A DNA stretch of 64,000 bases from an uncultured SAR116 cluster alpha proteobacterium (GTDB lineage Bacteria > Pseudomonadota > Alphaproteobacteria > Puniceispirillales > Puniceispirillaceae). Below are positions 29,241 through 38,735 of the stretch, one piece after another; position 1 is the stretch's first letter, and each line of letters starts with the position of its first letter. The notes beneath the pieces were generated by a model that saw only the letters and a list, made by a program, of their open reading frames with translations, had not been told where the DNA came from and searched no databases. The stretch is from contig CABYPW010000005.1 of the NCBI GenBank assembly GCA_902520885.1, forward strand, positions 39,298 through 103,297, given 5' to 3'. The position numbers were made by a program, and so were the translations under genes.

Positions 29241-29843
29241 ATGGAAATTGTACTTTTAGAGCGCGTTGAGAAACTTGGTAAGATTGGTGATGTTGTTAAA
29301 GTAAAACCTGGATACGCAAGAAACTTTTTATTACCTCGTGGGAAGGCATTGCGAGCTAACAAACAAAATTTAGCAAAATTTGAAGCAGAGCGTAGCGCTA
29401 TAGAAGCCCGAAATGCAGATGCAAAGAAAAGCGCAGAATTGCTTTCCGAATCTATAGGAGATCTTAACGTTGACATCGTCCGAGCGGCTTCTGAAATGGG
29501 TCAACTATATGGTTCTGTGACATCGCGTGATATATCGGAGGCGATTTCAAAAGCGGGGTATGAAGTTGAAAAAAGACTAGTGGTAATGGACGCCGCTATT
29601 AAAACATTAGGTTTGTTTACTATTAAATTGTCACTTCATCCCGAGGTCAGTAAGAAAATCGTGGTCAATGTTGCTCGTTCACTTGAAGAAGCAAAAATGC
29701 AATTAGATTCTGGCGAGGCAGTTATTACAAACCTGAATGAAGAGAGCCAAGAGGAGACTTCGCAGCTATCCGCTAAAATTGAAGTTGAAAATAATAATGA
29801 CGAGCGTCAAGGAGATAAAGACGATACTGAGAATGTTCAGTAG
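29241..29843 (+). CDS. rplI: 50S ribosomal protein L9 (with acidic C-terminal extension)
   Basis: MEIVLLERVEKLGKIGDVVKVKPGYARNFLLPRGKA. Confidence 0.95.
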   Translation: MEIVLLERVEKLGKIGDVVKVKPGYARNFLLPRGKALRANKQNLAKFEAERSAIEARNADAKKSAELLSESIGDLNVDIVRAASEMGQLYGSVTSRDISEAISKAGYEVEKRLVVMDAAIKTLGLFTIKLSLHPEVSKKIVVNVARSLEEAKMQLDSGEAVITNLNEESQEETSQLSAKIEVENNNDERQGDKDDTENVQ

Positions 29844-29915
29844 CTAAATAAACGAATAAGCATTTCTAAAAAAAAACTTATCAATTTAAGTTATTGCTTG
29901 TTTTAAACGTAAAAA

Positions 29916-29948
29916 TACCAGCCGCTCTTGAAGGTTGGTATTTTTTTT
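29916..29948 (+). terminator. rho-independent terminator after rplI
   Basis: The stem TACCAGCC/GGTTGGTA has 8 bp (one G-U) with a 9-nt loop. A T8 run follows at 29941-29948 and an A5 run precedes it, so it could act bidirectionally. Confidence 0.7.
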
Positions 29949-29951
29949 GAG

Positions 29952-29978
29952 TTATCCCTGTTATCCTCGTTTTCCACA
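29952..29978 (+). promoter_or_regulatory. three abutting DnaA-box-like 9-mers upstream of dnaB
   Basis: TTATCCCTG | TTATCCTCG | TTTTCCACA compared with consensus TTATCCACA (3, 2 and 1 mismatches), all in the same orientation, 39-65 nt upstream of the dnaB ATG. Confidence 0.3.
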
Positions 29979-30001
29979 ACTAGAAAAGAAACTAGATTAG
30001 G

Positions 30002-30007
30002 TATAAT
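30002..30007 (+). promoter_or_regulatory. candidate -10 element (TATAAT) for dnaB, possibly giving a leaderless mRNA
   Basis: A perfect TATAAT ends 9 nt before ATG 30017. There is no Shine-Dalgarno sequence in between, and no good TTGACA-like -35 element. Confidence 0.3.
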
Positions 30008-30016
30008 CTATTAATT

Positions 30017-31522
30017 ATGAGTGAGAATAATAATGATAAAACTATAGCACTATTTCCACAAAATGATGCAGGGGCAAATTCTGTACGTTCCATGCCAAAT
30101 AATATTGCTGCTGAACAAAATTATCTTGGCGCACTTTTATATGACAACCAAGTTCTTGACAAAACTAATGACTTGATTCGGCCTGAACATTTTTTCGACC
30201 CATTACACGGCAAAATATTTGAATCAGCCTCTAAATTGATAATTCGCGGTCAAGTTGCCAATAATGTAACGCTGAAGGCAATAATAATCTCTGATCCCAC
30301 TATCTCCGAAATTGACGTTGATAACTACCTTGGTGACTTAATTGATGGGATTATCTCAATCTCAGATGCTCTAGATTATGCCCAAATAATACATAATAAT
30401 TATCTTCGTCGTGAACTAATTCGGATTTCTGATACCATTATTAGGGATGCAACTCATCCAGATATAGAACATTCAGCTTTCCGCCAAATTGAAGCTGCTG
30501 AACAACATTTATTTAATTTAGCAGAAAAGGACAGTGCAGATGTGGGTCTCCGCCCCTTTTTATCCGTCCTAACTGAAACAATTAAACGAGCAGAAATTGC
30601 AGCTAATTCGGATGGTCATTTATCAGGATTATCTACTGGACTAACCGGTCTAAATAATCTTCTAGGAGGGATGCATAAATCAGACCTTATAATTATAGCA
30701 GGTCGACCTGCAATGGGGAAAACAGCGCTCGCAACAAATATAGCCTTTCACGCCGCTACAACCACTCGCACAGGCGAACTAGCTGCTCCTGTGGCTTTTT
30801 TCTCTCTTGAAATGTCCGCAGAACAACTTGGTCTTAGAATTCTTTCTGAGCGCTCAGAATTAGATTCTGAGAATATCAGAAGAGGTAAGTTAAAAACAGA
30901 AGAATTCAACAAACTAGTAAACGCTAACCGTGAAATTAATATGGCTCCATTTTTTATTGATGACACCCCTGCTTTGTCAATTAGTCAACTTGCAAGCCGT
31001 GCCAGAAGAATGAAACGTACCTCAGGACTAGGACTTGTCGTGGTTGACTATCTTCAACTGCTACAAGCTCAAATTGGAGTTAAACCAGAGAACAGAGTTC
31101 AGGAGATTTCAAATATAACGCGCTCTCTGAAGGCGCTCGCCAAAGAGCTAGATATTCCTGTTCTTGCTTTGTCTCAACTGTCCAGGGCAGTTGAACAAAG
31201 AGAGGATAAACGACCTAATCTAGCAGACCTGAGAGAATCTGGTTCAATAGAGCAAGATTCCGATGTTGTAATGTTTGTATATAGAGAAGAATATTATCTT
31301 TCTAAGAGTGAGCCAGAAAGAAAAGATAACGAAACAACGGAAAAATATAATGAACGCTATGATAATTGGACAAAAAGACTTGAGAAATCAGCTGGTCTTG
31401 CAGAAATTTTAATTGCAAAACAACGGCATGGACCAGTGGGAAATGTAACCGTTCAATTTGAAGGAAGACTGACAAAATTTCATGACCCGATCTCCTCAGA
31501 TTATCTTCCAGAAAATTTTTAA
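30017..31522 (+). CDS. dnaB: replicative DNA helicase DnaB
   Basis: N-terminal PNNIAAEQNYLGALL, Walker A GRPAMGKTALA, VVVDYLQLL, LSQLSR, ESGSIEQDSDVV. Confidence 0.95.
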   Translation: MSENNNDKTIALFPQNDAGANSVRSMPNNIAAEQNYLGALLYDNQVLDKTNDLIRPEHFFDPLHGKIFESASKLIIRGQVANNVTLKAIIISDPTISEIDVDNYLGDLIDGIISISDALDYAQIIHNNYLRRELIRISDTIIRDATHPDIEHSAFRQIEAAEQHLFNLAEKDSADVGLRPFLSVLTETIKRAEIAANSDGHLSGLSTGLTGLNNLLGGMHKSDLIIIAGRPAMGKTALATNIAFHAATTTRTGELAAPVAFFSLEMSAEQLGLRILSERSELDSENIRRGKLKTEEFNKLVNANREINMAPFFIDDTPALSISQLASRARRMKRTSGLGLVVVDYLQLLQAQIGVKPENRVQEISNITRSLKALAKELDIPVLALSQLSRAVEQREDKRPNLADLRESGSIEQDSDVVMFVYREEYYLSKSEPERKDNETTEKYNERYDNWTKRLEKSAGLAEILIAKQRHGPVGNVTVQFEGRLTKFHDPISSDYLPENF

Positions 31523-31594
31523 TAGATTTATTTGTAAAAAAACACCAAAATTGAAATTTATTTATCTCACTAGATTTTTTTTGGGAACCAATTT

Positions 31595-32713
31595 GTGTCG
31601 ACTGAGTTATCACACTTCATTATTGACCTAGGGCAACTAACGCGAAATTGGCAGTGGTTAAATACAAAAACTGATGCCAATTGCTATACCGCTTGTGTGG
31701 TAAAAGCTGATGGCTATGGACATGGGATGAATGCCATTGCTTTCAGTTTGTTCGAAGCTGGATGCCGAACTTTTTGCGTTGCAAGACTCGAAGAAGCTCT
31801 CCAGCTTCGTTCCTTTTTAATTCAAAAAAATGTTGGGATAGATGTTGTTGAAATTATATCTTTTGACGGCTTACAAACAAGTGATTTTGCTTTATACCAA
31901 GAATATAAAATATTACCTGCGCTCAAACAAATTTCTGAAATTGAATTTTCTATAAATATTGCTCGCACTGCGGTCAAAAAATTTCCAGTTTGGATGCAAC
32001 TGGATACTGGAATGAACCGTCTAGGGATTTCCGAAAACGAATTAAACTCATTTTTCGAAGAAAGCTTTGTCAATGACATGCCTGGTCTTGATGTCAAAGC
32101 TGTGATGAGCCATCTCTCTTGCTCTGACACACCAAACCATAGTGCAAATGAGAAACAAAGAACGCGTTTTTTAAAAATGAGTAAAAAGTTTCAAACAGCA
32201 TCATTGTCATTATCCGCAAGCCATGGACTTTTAATATCAAAAAATTTTCATTTTGATATTACACGTCCAGGAATTGCACTTTATGGTTATCAGGACAATC
32301 TAGGCGTAAACTTTGGATGTAAACCCATCCTAAATTGGATGGCACCAATATTACAAATACGTGATATAAATAAAGGTGAACAAATCGGTTATGGTGCTGA
32401 TTATACCGCAAGCCAACCAATGCGTATTGCAACAATTGGTGCCGGTTATGCTGATGGTTACAATCGTTCTCTTTCCAATTTTGGGAAGATAGAGGTAGGT
32501 GGTTATATCTGCAAACCAGTCGGACGTATTTCTATGGACAGTTTAGTAATAGATATATCAAATGTTCCTGAGGCATATTTGGCAGAAATATCGCAAGTAT
32601 GCCTTCTTGGTGAGCATTATAACGCAAAAGATATGGCTTCTGATTTGTCGACCATAAGCTATGAAATTCTCACCAAACTTGGTTCTAGGCCAAAACGATT
32701 ATACAAAAAATAG
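31595..32713 (+). CDS. alr: alanine racemase
   Basis: GTG start. PLP-lysine motif VVKADGYGHG; C-terminal GYADGY and RISMD motifs. Confidence 0.9.
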   Translation: MSTELSHFIIDLGQLTRNWQWLNTKTDANCYTACVVKADGYGHGMNAIAFSLFEAGCRTFCVARLEEALQLRSFLIQKNVGIDVVEIISFDGLQTSDFALYQEYKILPALKQISEIEFSINIARTAVKKFPVWMQLDTGMNRLGISENELNSFFEESFVNDMPGLDVKAVMSHLSCSDTPNHSANEKQRTRFLKMSKKFQTASLSLSASHGLLISKNFHFDITRPGIALYGYQDNLGVNFGCKPILNWMAPILQIRDINKGEQIGYGADYTASQPMRIATIGAGYADGYNRSLSNFGKIEVGGYICKPVGRISMDSLVIDISNVPEAYLAEISQVCLLGEHYNAKDMASDLSTISYEILTKLGSRPKRLYKK

Positions 32714-32857
32714 ACAAAATAGCTTCATACCTATGAAAAAATCGCTTGTTTAATTAATTTTCTAAAAATTAAAATTTAAAATCGAGTAATTTTATAGATT
32801 TAAAATTGAGATGCATGGTAAAAGATAATTATTTTTGTTTTAAAAAGGGTCCGTAAA

Positions 32858-33628
32858 ATGGGGGTTTTTCAATCACTAGGGCGAAGTGGTTTAAGATTAT
32901 GCCACATGATAGGCAGCATAGCATTATTTATTGTTTTTTCATTACGTTGGTGTCTGATACCACCTTTTTATGGTAGGCAGATAGTGAGACAGCTTATTGA
33001 TGTTGGCTACTACTCTCTTCCAGTGGTTGGACTAACAACACTATTCTCTGGAATGGTACTTGCTCTTCAGAGCTATACTGGTTTTGCGCGTTTTTCAGCT
33101 GAAGATACTGTTGCGACTGTTGTAGTTCTTTCTGTCACTCGTGAACTTGGGCCAGTTTTAGCAGGATTAATGGTTGCTGGCAGAGTTGGAGCTTCCATCG
33201 CTGCTGAAATTGGAACTATGCGCGTTACTGACCAGATTGATGCTCTGGAAACACTATCAACGAGACCTATGCAATATTTAGTGGGACCTCGCTTGATAGC
33301 AGGAACAATATGCCTTCCTATATTGGTTCTAATTGGCAATATTATTGGAGTTTTCGGAGGCTATTTAGTTGGAATTTATAGGTTAGGATTTAATTCTTCC
33401 GTATATCTCTCAAAAACATTAGAATTTCTTGAGTTTAGTGATGTAATGTTAGGGCTTTTAAAAGCAGCTATATTTGGATTTATTATTGCTCTGATGGGAT
33501 GCTATCATGGATATTATTCCGGTCGTGGCGCGGAAGGTGTTGGAAAGGCTACAACAAATGCGGTTGTATCTGCTTCAATATTGATTCTAATAGCTAATTA
33601 TTCTGTCACCGCTTTATTCTTTGGATAA
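32858..33628 (+). CDS. mlaE: MlaE-family ABC transporter permease
   Basis: 256-aa polytopic protein with the MlaE core (TRELGPVLAGLMVAGRVGASIAAEIGTMRVTDQIDAL). Confidence 0.85.
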   Translation: MGVFQSLGRSGLRLCHMIGSIALFIVFSLRWCLIPPFYGRQIVRQLIDVGYYSLPVVGLTTLFSGMVLALQSYTGFARFSAEDTVATVVVLSVTRELGPVLAGLMVAGRVGASIAAEIGTMRVTDQIDALETLSTRPMQYLVGPRLIAGTICLPILVLIGNIIGVFGGYLVGIYRLGFNSSVYLSKTLEFLEFSDVMLGLLKAAIFGFIIALMGCYHGYYSGRGAEGVGKATTNAVVSASILILIANYSVTALFFG

Positions 33629-33633
33629 TTAAA

Positions 33634-34452
33634 ATGACTGATGAAAAAAAACGGAATGTAAAGATAAAAATCTCAAATCTTTTTAAGAATTTTGGAGGAG
33701 ATTATGTTCTTAATGGATTTAGTTTATCATTAAAAAAAAGTGAATCTCTGTGTTTAATTGGCACATCTGGAAGTGGAAAATCAGTGGCATTAAAATGTCT
33801 AATTGGGCTGCTATCTCCTGATTCTGGATCGATAACGGTAGATGATCAAGAGACTATAGGACAAAGTAGACCTCAACATGAAGCGATGCTGAAGCGTTTT
33901 GGAATGACCTTCCAGTTTGGCGCCCTCTTTGATTCTCTTCCTGTTTGGGAGAACGTTACCTTTAGGTTACGTCAAAAAGAAAAATTAAATAAAAAAGAAG
34001 CAAAAGAAATAGCAGGAGATATCTTAAGCCAACTTGGCCTAGCTCATCAAGTACTTGAACTTTTCCCAGCTGAATTATCCGGGGGTATGCAGAAAAGAGT
34101 TGCAATAGCAAGGGCAATAGCAGACAAGCCTGAAATTCTTTTATTTGATGAACCAACATCAGGTCTTGACCCTATAACTTCTGGTGTCATTAATGATTTG
34201 ATTTTAAACTCAGTTAATAGACTTGGTGCAACTACCCTTACCATCTCGCATGATATGGCATCTGTTCGCCAAATTGCAGATACAGTCGCAATGTTGCATA
34301 ATGGACGCATAATATGGTGCGGACCTATTAAAGATATAAATCACACAGGTATTTCCGAAGTTGACCAATTTGTAAATGGCAAACCTTATGGACCCCTTAC
34401 AACAAATAAAAGAGAAACGCTTCAAACGAAGCAAACTGAGATATCAGTTTAA
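33634..34452 (+). CDS. mlaF: MlaF-family ABC transporter ATP-binding protein
   Basis: Walker A GTSGSGKS, signature LSGGMQKRVAIARA, Walker B LLFDEPTSGLD. Confidence 0.85.
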   Translation: MTDEKKRNVKIKISNLFKNFGGDYVLNGFSLSLKKSESLCLIGTSGSGKSVALKCLIGLLSPDSGSITVDDQETIGQSRPQHEAMLKRFGMTFQFGALFDSLPVWENVTFRLRQKEKLNKKEAKEIAGDILSQLGLAHQVLELFPAELSGGMQKRVAIARAIADKPEILLFDEPTSGLDPITSGVINDLILNSVNRLGATTLTISHDMASVRQIADTVAMLHNGRIIWCGPIKDINHTGISEVDQFVNGKPYGPLTTNKRETLQTKQTEISV

Positions 34453-35822
34453 TGGGGAAAGATACTCAATTTCACTGTCAACAATGTGGATCTGTTTACC
34501 CTAAATGGTCAGGTAGATGTGAAGCTTGCGGTGCTTGGAATAGTATCGTTGAAGAACAAATTAGCAGTAGGCCAAGTCTTGCAAAATCGGCAAAATCGGC
34601 CAGAAAAATTGAATTTTATTCCTTAACTGAAAAAAAAAATGACCAAGAAACTAAAAGATTATTATCAGGTATATCAGAGTTTGATAGAGTAACAGGAGGC
34701 GGTATTGTGCCAGGTTCAGCTATTTTAATTGGAGGAGACCCTGGTATTGGTAAATCAACATTATTATTACAAATTGCATGCAGTATATCTCAAAGAAAAA
34801 ATCAGACCATATACATAACAGGAGAAGAATCAGCAGACCAAGTGAGACTTAGAGGTCAAAGATTGGGTCTTTCAAACACAAACATAAATGTTGCAACTGC
34901 AACTAATGCTACCAACATCTCAGAAACCATTAGGAGAACTCCAGAGCTTGAACTAGTTATCATTGATTCGATTCAAACTATGTATCTACCTGCGTTAGAT
35001 TCTAGTCCAGGAACAGTAAGTCAGGTTAGAGCATCTGCACAAGAATTAATTCAAGCAGCAAAAACAAATGATACAGCTCTTATTTTTGTTGGCCATGTAA
35101 CTAAAGATGGCGCAATAGCAGGACCAAGGGTACTTGAACACATGGTTGATTCTGTTCTTCATTTTGAAGGAGATAGAAGCCATCATTTTAGGATATTGAG
35201 AGGTATCAAAAATCGATTCGGCGCTACTGACGAAATAGGCGTTTTTGAAATGACGGCAATTGGATTAAATGAAATTTCTAACCCCTCAGAATTATTCCTT
35301 GGGGAGAGAAAAAATGAGATGGCAGGAACCGCTGTTTTTGCCGCGATTGAAGGAAGCAGGCCCTTACTTGTAGAAATTGAGGCACTTGTTGCACACTCTC
35401 CCCTCGCAAGCCCTAGAAGAAATGTTGTTGGCTGGGAGTCTAGCAGACTAGCTATGCTAACTGCCGTGTTAGAAGCAAGATGTGGGATTCCTCTTTCTGG
35501 AAGGGATATATTTTTAAATGTTGCTGGTGGCATGAAAATTCAAGAACCTGCAGCGGACCTTGCAGTTGCGGCTGCTCTAATTTCATCGGTCAGAAACCAC
35601 CCACTTCCTGTTAGGTCTGTCTTTTTTGGAGAAGTCGCGCTCTCATCCCAGATTAGGCAGGTTTCCCAGGCAGAACAACGGCTCAAGGAGGCAAAAAAAC
35701 TGGGGTTTGAAAAGGCCTTCCTTCCAAGACCAATAAAAAGAAATAGGATTAACGCTGACCTTCAATTAACTTATTCAGAAAATTTATCTGATTTGATTGA
35801 CATTCTTGATAGGATATCGTGA
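34452..35822 (+). CDS. radA: DNA repair protein RadA
   Basis: Zinc ribbon CQQCGSVYPKWSGRCEACGAWNS, Walker A GDPGIGKSTLLLQ, KNRFG motif, Lon-like C-terminal domain; 1-nt overlap with mlaF. Confidence 0.95.
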   Translation: MGKDTQFHCQQCGSVYPKWSGRCEACGAWNSIVEEQISSRPSLAKSAKSARKIEFYSLTEKKNDQETKRLLSGISEFDRVTGGGIVPGSAILIGGDPGIGKSTLLLQIACSISQRKNQTIYITGEESADQVRLRGQRLGLSNTNINVATATNATNISETIRRTPELELVIIDSIQTMYLPALDSSPGTVSQVRASAQELIQAAKTNDTALIFVGHVTKDGAIAGPRVLEHMVDSVLHFEGDRSHHFRILRGIKNRFGATDEIGVFEMTAIGLNEISNPSELFLGERKNEMAGTAVFAAIEGSRPLLVEIEALVAHSPLASPRRNVVGWESSRLAMLTAVLEARCGIPLSGRDIFLNVAGGMKIQEPAADLAVAAALISSVRNHPLPVRSVFFGEVALSSQIRQVSQAEQRLKEAKKLGFEKAFLPRPIKRNRINADLQLTYSENLSDLIDILDRIS

Positions 35823-35868
35823 TTATAAAATCGAGTATTACCAAATCTAGAGTAAAAGTCCGAAGAAT

Positions 35869-36552
35869 ATGGAATTCACAAGCCTAAATTATATAGACTA
35901 TATTGCTCTGGCTATTTTATTTATATCCGCAATGTTATCGACAATTCGAGGTATGACGCGTGAATTTCTTGGATTAGTAGGTTGGTTCGTAGCTATTTTT
36001 ATTGCAAAATTAACTTCGCCAATTCTTATTCCCATTTTTGAGGGGTTCATTTCAGTAGTTTATGTTATCACCCCTCTTTCATTGGTCATACCTTTCTCAG
36101 CTGCTTTCATGGTTTGGTATGTTTTTGCAAGTGTTGTTTCACCAAGCTTATCTCGTGCTGGTTTGGGTGCTTTAGATGGCGGCATGGGAGTGTTTTTTGG
36201 GCTTGCAAGAGGAGCTGTTATTATAGTTCTATCTTATCTGGCACTTTTATATCTTTTTGGGGGACCAAATAAAATTCCTGATGTTATTAAAGAATCAAAT
36301 GCTTCGCGTTTATCTATCTTTCTGATTAATACTACCAAACCAATATTACCTAATATAATTTTAATGCAATTTAATAATTTATCACTTTTAGAAATTGAGT
36401 CACAAGGCTCAAATACATTTAATACTGATCCTAAATCTGTTGCAAAAACTAGGAACCAAGAAAATGTCAAAACCAATGTTCAAAGCACTGTTGGATTTGG
36501 GACAGATGAAAAACCGGCTTCGGCAAACTTAATAGTAAAAACTGTTGAATAA
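35869..36552 (+). CDS. cvpA: CvpA-family membrane protein
   Basis: Four-TM N-terminal CvpA domain (IDYIALAILFISAMLSTIRGMTREFL); conserved radA-cvpA-purF context. Confidence 0.8.
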   Translation: MEFTSLNYIDYIALAILFISAMLSTIRGMTREFLGLVGWFVAIFIAKLTSPILIPIFEGFISVVYVITPLSLVIPFSAAFMVWYVFASVVSPSLSRAGLGALDGGMGVFFGLARGAVIIVLSYLALLYLFGGPNKIPDVIKESNASRLSIFLINTTKPILPNIILMQFNNLSLLEIESQGSNTFNTDPKSVAKTRNQENVKTNVQSTVGFGTDEKPASANLIVKTVE

Positions 36553-36554
36553 GG

Positions 36555-38000
36555 ATGAGCAAAAATAAACTGCTTCCATTTGAGAATGATAAAATTTCAG
36601 AAGAGTGCGGAATTTTTGGAATTTTTGGTTCCTCTGAAGCACATCTTCTCACTGCTCTAGGATTGCATGCTCTTCAGCATAGAGGACAAGAAGCGACTGG
36701 TATGGTCAGCTTTGATGGAAAACAATTTAAAGCAAAACGAGGGCTTGGTCATGTAAGCGAAAATTTTAATGCCGCCTCAATGAAAATGGACGAATTAGCC
36801 GGATACGCGGCCATAGGACATAACCGTTACTCGACAACAGGGCAATCTGAAATTAGAAATATACAGCCCTTTTTAACAGAGCTAGCTTTTGGAGATTTTG
36901 CAATTGCCCATAACGGAAATCTTACAAATGCAGAACGAGTCAGAGGATCGCTAATTGATACTGGTAGCCTTTTCCAATCAACTACAGATACAGAAACAAT
37001 CATTCACCTAATCGCCCGGTCCAAGAGAAATAAAGTGGAAGAGCGTATTAAAGAGGCATTACTTCAAATAGAAGGGGCATATGCACTTGTTGCTCTTGTT
37101 GACAATATGATGATAGGTATAAGAGATCCGCTTGGAGTGCGTCCCTTAATTCTTGGAAAACTAAACAATTCATATATTCTCGCATCTGAGACATGTGCCC
37201 TTGATATCATTGGTGCTGGGTATATCAGAGATATTGAACCAGGAGAAATGGTGCTGATTACTAAGAATAGCGTAAAAAGCTTGCGTATTTCAGAGCCTTT
37301 AAAAAGTCGGTTCTGTATCTTCGAGTATATATATTTTTCTCGTCCAGATTCTGTTATTAATCAAAAATCTGTATATAATGCGCGAAAAATGATTGGCACT
37401 GAACTAGCTAGGGAGTCCAAAGTTACAGCGGATCTAGTTATTCCTGTTCCTGACTCGGGCGTTCCAGCAGCACTTGGATATGCCCAAGAATCTGGCATTC
37501 GGTTTGAGTTTGGCATTATTCGAAATCATTACATTGGCCGAACTTTTATACAGCCTTCGCAAGATGCCCGTTCTTCTAGCGTAATGATGAAGCATAACGC
37601 AAATGCAAATATTATTAGCGGTAAGGATATTATTTTAGTGGATGATTCCATAGTGCGTGGAACAACCTCACGTAAAATTGTAAAAATGATGAGAGAAGCA
37701 GGAGCAAAATCTGTTCATATGAGAATAGCTAGTCCTCCAACAACAAACCCATGTTTTTATGGAGTTGACACCCCAAACAAAGAAAACTTAATCGCTGCGC
37801 AATTAAATTTAGAGGACATCCGAAATGAGATAGAAGCAGATAGCCTTGCATTTATATCTATTCACGGATTGTACAGAGCTATGGGAGAGACGAAACGTAA
37901 TACACAATCTCCACAATATTGCGATGCCTGCTTCACGGGCGATTATCCTATTGCACCAAGTAAAAATTTTATTTCAAGGAGTAAGAATAATGTTAGTTGA
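36555..38000 (+). CDS. purF: amidophosphoribosyltransferase
   Basis: Ntn Cys after a short propeptide (ECGIFGIFG); GHNRYSTTG; PRTase motif ILVDDSIVRGTT; Fe-S cysteines (CFYGVDTP, CDACFTGDYP). Confidence 0.95.
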   Translation: MSKNKLLPFENDKISEECGIFGIFGSSEAHLLTALGLHALQHRGQEATGMVSFDGKQFKAKRGLGHVSENFNAASMKMDELAGYAAIGHNRYSTTGQSEIRNIQPFLTELAFGDFAIAHNGNLTNAERVRGSLIDTGSLFQSTTDTETIIHLIARSKRNKVEERIKEALLQIEGAYALVALVDNMMIGIRDPLGVRPLILGKLNNSYILASETCALDIIGAGYIRDIEPGEMVLITKNSVKSLRISEPLKSRFCIFEYIYFSRPDSVINQKSVYNARKMIGTELARESKVTADLVIPVPDSGVPAALGYAQESGIRFEFGIIRNHYIGRTFIQPSQDARSSSVMMKHNANANIISGKDIILVDDSIVRGTTSRKIVKMMREAGAKSVHMRIASPPTTNPCFYGVDTPNKENLIAAQLNLEDIRNEIEADSLAFISIHGLYRAMGETKRNTQSPQYCDACFTGDYPIAPSKNFISRSKNNVS

Positions 38001-38718
38001 GAAACCCCTTTTAGGAAAGATTATATTGCTTACCGGTGCGAGTAGAGGAATAGGTCGCGCTGCTGCAATAGCGTGTGCTAAAGAAGGTGCAGAATTAATT
38101 ATTACAGGTAGGACCGTAGGGGCTCTGGAAGAAGTAGATGACGAGATCAGGAAATTAGGAAGCAAATCAACAATTGTCGAGCTCGACTCTAAAGATTTAC
38201 CCGCAATACCTAGATTAGCTAAAGCAATACACGAAAAATGGGGTAGACTTGATGGCTTTGTTGCAAATGCTGGCCAGCTTGGACAAATGTCACCAATGCC
38301 ACATATAGAACCTGATGCATGGGACGAGACGATACTTGTTAATTTGACATCTGTGTGGCATCAAATACGAAACTTTGATCTATTATTGAGAGCAGCACCA
38401 TCTGCTCGAGTTGTTTTAATGTCATCTGCTGCTGCATTAGGTCCCCGTGCTTATTGGGGGGCGTATGCTGTTTCTAAGGCTGGAATAGAGGCTATGGGCC
38501 GAGCTTGGGCAGCTGAGAGCGAGAAGACTAAAATTAAAATCAATATGATTGACCCAGGTGGTACTCGCACCGGAATGAGAGCAGCGGCCTTTCCTGGCGA
38601 GGACCCGCTTACACTTCCGACACCTGAAGATATTTCTCCTGCTTTTGTCGCTTTAATGCGAGATGATTGCACTTATAATGGTGAACTTATCAAAGCAAGA
38701 GACTATATTTCCACATAA
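37990..38718 (+). CDS. short-chain dehydrogenase/reductase
   Basis: Start taken at ATG 37990 (MLVEKPLLGKIILLTGASRGIGRA). TGxxxGIG and YAVSKAG motifs; overlaps the purF end by 11 nt. The 37846 start in the ORF track lies inside purF. Confidence 0.85.
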   Translation: MLVEKPLLGKIILLTGASRGIGRAAAIACAKEGAELIITGRTVGALEEVDDEIRKLGSKSTIVELDSKDLPAIPRLAKAIHEKWGRLDGFVANAGQLGQMSPMPHIEPDAWDETILVNLTSVWHQIRNFDLLLRAAPSARVVLMSSAAALGPRAYWGAYAVSKAGIEAMGRAWAAESEKTKIKINMIDPGGTRTGMRAAAFPGEDPLTLPTPEDISPAFVALMRDDCTYNGELIKARDYIST

Positions 38719-38735
38719 AATATTTTTTAAATACT

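Noticed and set aside
29941-30016. The idea that the DnaA-box array near dnaB (with hdaA also in the window) marks oriC.
   Set aside because: There are only three weak boxes in 27 nt, no additional box cluster or AT-rich unwinding repeats, and the surrounding genes are not the usual alphaproteobacterial origin neighbours. Promoter regulation is the simpler reading.
32774-32810. 13-nt direct repeat ATTTAAAAT(C/T)GAG, 24 nt apart, upstream of mlaE.
   Set aside because: It is very low-complexity AT-rich sequence, and such near-repeats are expected by chance. I have no supporting context.
37846-37989. 5' extension of the SDR ORF, overlapping the last 155 nt of purF.
   Set aside because: The extension has no SDR similarity. 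ATG 37990 gives the canonical N-terminus (…LLTGASRGIG) with only an 11-nt overlap.
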